This document shows, one piece after another, positions 59,183 through 64,000 of a stretch of 64,000 bases of DNA. How positions within the stretch are numbered: the first letter of the stretch is position 1; each line of letters opens with the position of its first letter. The notes below the pieces were generated by a model that saw nothing but the letters and a program-made list of their open reading frames with translations, did not search any database and was not told the DNA's origin. The DNA is taken from IMG/VR virus record IMGVR_UViG_3300033066_000802, positions 1 to 64,000 of that record; one strand, given 5' to 3'. This DNA is from a virus (Duplodnaviria > Caudoviricetes). A program made the translations under genes and the position numbers.

Positions 59183-61577
59183 TTATCTTATAATTTCACT
59201 TGTAATTGTGACGTTTTTAGATAGTGAATAAACTGTATCGTTATAATCCCCAGTCAAATCATTCGTTACTTGTGTAAGTGATTGATTACCAAGATAATTA
59301 ATATCTGCGTCAGATATTGAAAATAACGCAGGTACAAAACCTTGTTGTAATAACATCGTTCTACCAAGATCGGTTAAATAAACCGTCATTTCCCCGCCTG
59401 GGGATGGTGTGACACCAGGTAAATTATCTTGATTTATAAATCCCATTTTATTTAAATTTAATTATTTTATATTTTAATTAAAGCATTTTTATATAAATAT
59501 CATCATTTTCGTTTTAGTTATGAAACGAAAGATAAAACAGTATATGGTGGCACAAAAGTACTACCACCCATACTCGGCGGTGTCAATAATTGGTTATATA
59601 CGCTTGGTACATACCCCGTATTCACAACATTTACACTTATAACCAGATCAGTTTTAAGTAAATTAGGTATAATATTATCATTATTTGGATTACTATCGTA
59701 TGTTTCCACTGAAAAATTGAAATCAAGTGTTCCAACATTCTTATTCGGAGCTACCAATGTCTTACCATAATATTGATTTACCAATTTACCTACGTTTGTA
59801 ACAGAATATGAGGCGGCAAAAGGAATACTCTCAAATGGAGAAATTAATTTCCCTGTATTATTATAATACTCATTTAAATACCTAATAGTTAGATAACCAA
59901 TTACTAACGATTTAGTTGCGGTGCCCCTGGTTACAGTTCTTTCAACGATTGACGAAGTTAATACAGGTGTTGTTGGTATATTATATGTCACCATATATAC
60001 ATCATACGTATATGAAGAATCTGAATTTGTTTCAATTTTGGTTACACCCAACTCTTTACTATCACTTTTTATATATGATGACCTAATAAACGCATTATTA
60101 AACTTTATGTTATTATAATAAACAATTTTACTGCTTTTATTCATTACATGGAAAACCCCTTCTTTAAAGTTAGTCCTCGATTTATCAACAGAAGCTATAC
60201 TTACAGCTGGAATATTCATATAAAATTCTCCATTTGGTATATAGAAATCCAGCTGAGGTTCGATCACCTCAGTTTGGATTGTTGTTGTCATCGTATATGT
60301 TGGTGGTAATGTTGATGATGGTGGTAAAACTCCACCGCCACCCCCAAATGATATTCTTCTTGCCATTAGTATGTATATGTTGTTGTTACATAATCGTTAT
60401 GGATAAATTTATTAGCTAACTTAGAATATTCAACTAATATTGTAAAATCCTTATTATTTAAACACCTATTCTGTGTAAAAAACTCACTTAAATCAAGACT
60501 CGCTTTAACCTTAAAATTATAACCATTTGGGCTGTTATTATAGGAATCAAAATCATCAACTATATTAAACACATAACGCGACCCACCATCACGAGCCGTA
60601 TATTCTTTTTTAGAATAATTAATATTTACCTGAGTATCACCACTCGTTAAATAAACTAATTGAGCCTGTGGTAATAACGAACTACCAAACACACCAAAAT
60701 CATCTAAACGTCTAAATATAATATCACTTGTAAATTGACTTGTGGCACCAGTTGTCCTGTATTGTTGTAAATCCGATAATGTCATTTTAAGTTTATTAGA
60801 ACCTAACATAACATAAATTGAAAAATTTAAATTTTCAGATGTACCTGTTGGGTTATAATCAAGATTTTTACCCCCAACAAATCTAAAATAATACTCAAAA
60901 CTAACATGATAATTTTCACCTAACACAAGTTCATCTTTTTTTATAATTTTACTATAGTTTACGTTATTAGTTGATTTTGTTTTAGCGTTTGACCCAACAA
61001 AACCCAAATCAGTTGTTAATGTCTTTTTCTGTATTTTTGAGTTTATTAACTGATACTTATTTAAATCCAAATTATCGATAGGAAATAAATCAAAATTTCT
61101 TATAAGATCATTCAAAGTTATCGTTAACGGATATTCAGTTCTCAAATAAAGACCATTTAAACCATTTAAATTAAATTGACGATACTCACCAATTTCCTTA
61201 TAATTTGTTGTATCTAAACCAGTTATCGTATTTAAATCTGGATTATATAATATATAATCCCTCTGCGCAGCATCATTAATGCTGAATAAACCATGATTAT
61301 GGTACTTATTATCCACAATACTACCACGATTACTTAATTGTGTGAAGACTTCCTTCAACCCATTAGTTGTTTTATTCGTATTAGTTATTGTTATAATGTT
61401 TTGATTGGTAAGATGCGGGTTAAACGTATCATCATTTAACACATTATAATTACTTTCAGTGTCAGATAAAGAAAAGTAATAAGCCTTGTCCTGTAAACCG
61501 CCATTAAAAAACGTTTCTCTCCCCTTATCGGTTAAATAAACGACAAACTCATTAGTATTTCCTGTAATTAGTCCCAT
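59183..61577 (-). CDS. Three putative structural proteins (59183-59446, 59518-60366, 60366-61577)
   Basis: Shared N-terminal MG.I...VYLTD.GR....G.....FS.SD...NY motif in first and third; T/S/N-rich. Confidence 0.6.
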
Positions 61578-61578
61578 T

Positions 61579-64000
61579 TTAAAAATCTATTGTTGCTTGC
61601 AACGATAATATATCCGAATTATATTTTCTCGTTATTGGTTGACTGAATTTACCTATTGCCACCATATCATCATCAGCATCGTAAATACCTACCTCAGTAA
61701 ACGCAACCTTATCCTGGTTTACATTAAAAGTTGGGTTACTTGTTGATATAAATGTATTAGGTATTACATTAAAAGTAAATAAAGTTTTATATATAGTTGC
61801 CTTAATATCCGTATTAACATTTCCAAAGAAAAACACCTCATCACCAAAACTAAACTCTTCATTCGTAGCTATTGGTAGATCGACAATATCCCCTATATCA
61901 TAATAATCCGTCAAACTACTATCAATCAAATCCTGATCAACATATACCTTTAAATTATTTATATTATTAGCAGTCATTAAATTTACGTTTGGTGTGCCAC
62001 CGTAACCACTATTATCCAAATATAATAATGTTATTAACGCACCCCCAGCTGGTGCAAATGTTAATTGCACCCTTCTGTCAGCTGTTGTACCTGTCGTAAA
62101 CACACCATAATTACTACTACTAACTAACATACCATTATAAAACACATAAACCGTATTGTTATTTGGTTGTTGTTCGAGTGTTAAACAAAAATTACCAGAA
62201 CCATCTAAATATATACCATCAAGATATGTATTTGTTGGCGGTACTGAAACAGGTACGGTTAGTATTTGCTTAACAGTACTTGATGTATTTGTTTCACCGT
62301 ACAAATAAGCAAATTGTATAATGTTTGATCCACCAACATATAATGGATTTATTTTAATTATTGGTGTCCCAAGGGTTGAACCAGTAACGTCAAGAGGGTA
62401 AACATAGTAATCACCGTCAACACCTATAGTCGCATCTGATGATGCTTCCTTAAGTAATAAACCGCTTGTAGAAGTTGTTGACCTGAAAACCAATATTTCA
62501 CCTATAGGTAACTTATTTGTTGATAATACCGCTGTTGATGGCGATATATTAGTTTCCGTTTGTAGATAAAATCTATCCATAACCTCTGGTATTGGTGAAA
62601 TACAGCCAGAACCGCCAACATATGGACTTATATTATATTTCTTCCAATCAGCTGGATCTGGGATACCACCGATTTCTGTTTTCTGCCATAATAAAAATAC
62701 ATTATCAAGACAAAACCCAAAACCATCAGTACCGTTAAAATCTCTTAAATAACCAAATTCACTATATGTTGGATCTGATGCTTTTTTAGGGAATTGAAAT
62801 AGAATATCTTTAGCTTTCGTGAAATTATTAACAATTGTTTGATAACTCTCACATTGGATACCATTAATACCTTTAGTATTCATAAATTGATAGGTTATAT
62901 GAATACATTCATTTGGTTGTAGCGAACCACCGAGATTAGCACCAGGACAATGCCCAATATCTACAAGTGAAATATCTGGTTTTGGTAACGTCCAATTCCT
63001 ATTAGATTTGTATGATAGAGCTGTAATTAATTCAGCATCCTCTATAATTATAACCTTTTGATCAACCAAAACTTTACCAACCACCGTTGCCTCTGATTCC
63101 TGGTCAATTAAATCATAGTAAGCCACAGTTTCATCAATATATTTAAGTGTGGTATCACATACAAATGTATAACCGATTGAATCAGCTAAAGCTGTACCGC
63201 CAAATTGTTTTTTATGCCACATTAAATATGGTATCGTTAGCGTCAATGTGGTATCATAAAAACCTTCACCATAGAAGTTCTCAATAGTGTTATTGGTATA
63301 ATGTATTATACCTATTTTATTTATTGTTTGTGTGTATCCAGTGGTTTCAATATTAGTTGTCAAACCCGTAACTATTGTATTAGGATTGACTGTGGTATAA
63401 ACATTTGATAAATATTTATAATTTATTGCGGTACCTAAATAGTTCTTACCAACACTCTTGTTTTTATCTTTGTATTTTGTCAGATCCAACCCTACAATAT
63501 CTCTTATATTAATAATATTCATATTCCAAACAGGAACATCAATAATATCCTTTTGACCAGGTATTGGTGTAAAATCAACTGAAGAATTTGACCAGTACGC
63601 TATTGGTGTTTCTTTATCATAATAATCAGCAATCGTGTTAGCACCTGGGTATATAAAACCTTTCACCAAACAATCTTCAGTGAAATTAGGTAATTTTCTA
63701 TCTAAACCAAACGTTATTACCTGATTATTTGTTATATCCGACACATCCAAGCTTACAATACCATCAACAGATGTTATTATATACATTAAATACTGTATTG
63801 GGTATTCACCATCAATCTTCGGTGTCATATTTGTTGTATGACCCGTATAAAATCCATTCTGGAGTATCTTTAAAAATAAATAATCACCTATTTTTACATT
63901 AGTGGTGTAACCAGTACCAATCCTCGAACTGGTATATCCAGTACCACCAACAACATCCACATATTCTGTAGATCCTGTTGTTTCTACGTATTTAAGGTCA
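61579..64000 (-). CDS. Large structural (baseplate-like) protein, probably continuing past the window end
   Basis: C-terminal SNPTF...FTEVGIYDADDDMVAIGK.SQPI, paralogous to 57242-59161; frame open to window edge. Confidence 0.65.
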   Translation of the reverse strand, partial: DLKYVETTGSTEYVDVVGGTGYTSSRIGTGYTTNVKIGDYLFLKILQNGFYTGHTTNMTPKIDGEYPIQYLMYIITSVDGIVSLDVSDITNNQVITFGLDRKLPNFTEDCLVKGFIYPGANTIADYYDKETPIAYWSNSSVDFTPIPGQKDIIDVPVWNMNIINIRDIVGLDLTKYKDKNKSVGKNYLGTAINYKYLSNVYTTVNPNTIVTGLTTNIETTGYTQTINKIGIIHYTNNTIENFYGEGFYDTTLTLTIPYLMWHKKQFGGTALADSIGYTFVCDTTLKYIDETVAYYDLIDQESEATVVGKVLVDQKVIIIEDAELITALSYKSNRNWTLPKPDISLVDIGHCPGANLGGSLQPNECIHITYQFMNTKGINGIQCESYQTIVNNFTKAKDILFQFPKKASDPTYSEFGYLRDFNGTDGFGFCLDNVFLLWQKTEIGGIPDPADWKKYNISPYVGGSGCISPIPEVMDRFYLQTETNISPSTAVLSTNKLPIGEILVFRSTTSTSGLLLKEASSDATIGVDGDYYVYPLDVTGSTLGTPIIKINPLYVGGSNIIQFAYLYGETNTSSTVKQILTVPVSVPPTNTYLDGIYLDGSGNFCLTLEQQPNNNTVYVFYNGMLVSSSNYGVFTTGTTADRRVQLTFAPAGGALITLLYLDNSGYGGTPNVNLMTANNINNLKVYVDQDLIDSSLTDYYDIGDIVDLPIATNEEFSFGDEVFFFGNVNTDIKATIYKTLFTFNVIPNTFISTSNPTFNVNQDKVAFTEVGIYDADDDMVAIGKFSQPITRKYNSDILSLQATIDF

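Overview
AT-rich segment of a very large (jumbo/huge) dsDNA phage, standard genetic code, almost all genes on the minus strand. Repeated TTTG-N19/20-TAnnTTTG promoters, SprB-like repeats and the lack of Shine-Dalgarno sites point to a Bacteroidota host. Layout: fibre genes (1-1.4 kb); nucleotide/counter-defence genes (GMP reductase/IMPDH, NUDIX, YqeY, NADAR; 1.4-4.7 kb); an ~11.5 kb array of about 30 tRNA and tRNA-like genes with 5 free-standing endonucleases and many structured spacers (4.8-16.4 kb); YkuK, T5 A1-like and Mom-like genes; a glycosyltransferase/heptosyltransferase cluster beside Gly-X-Ser and SprB-repeat fibres; ClpP, a DUF2828 (TROVE/Ro60-like vWA) gene, DnaJ; a putative lysis cluster, sigma-70, SbcCD, exonuclease, primase, RuvC; baseplate/tail genes. 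Main discovery candidates: (1) both tRNA blocks start with promoter > 26-27 aa leader ORF > antiterminator/terminator, and each leader's codons match the tRNA set downstream (K/V/H; H/M/I-ATA/N/G/F/T/R-AGA/AGG/D), suggesting ribosome-mediated attenuation that senses tRNA depletion; (2) a dispersed stem+C(A/C/G)GCA RNA module found next to the Ro60-like gene, as stand-alone RNAs and inserted inside tRNAs (Y-RNA-like system); (3) endonuclease cassettes that break a tRNA and supply a replacement piece. All calls were made by eye without database searches; coordinates may be off by a few nt.
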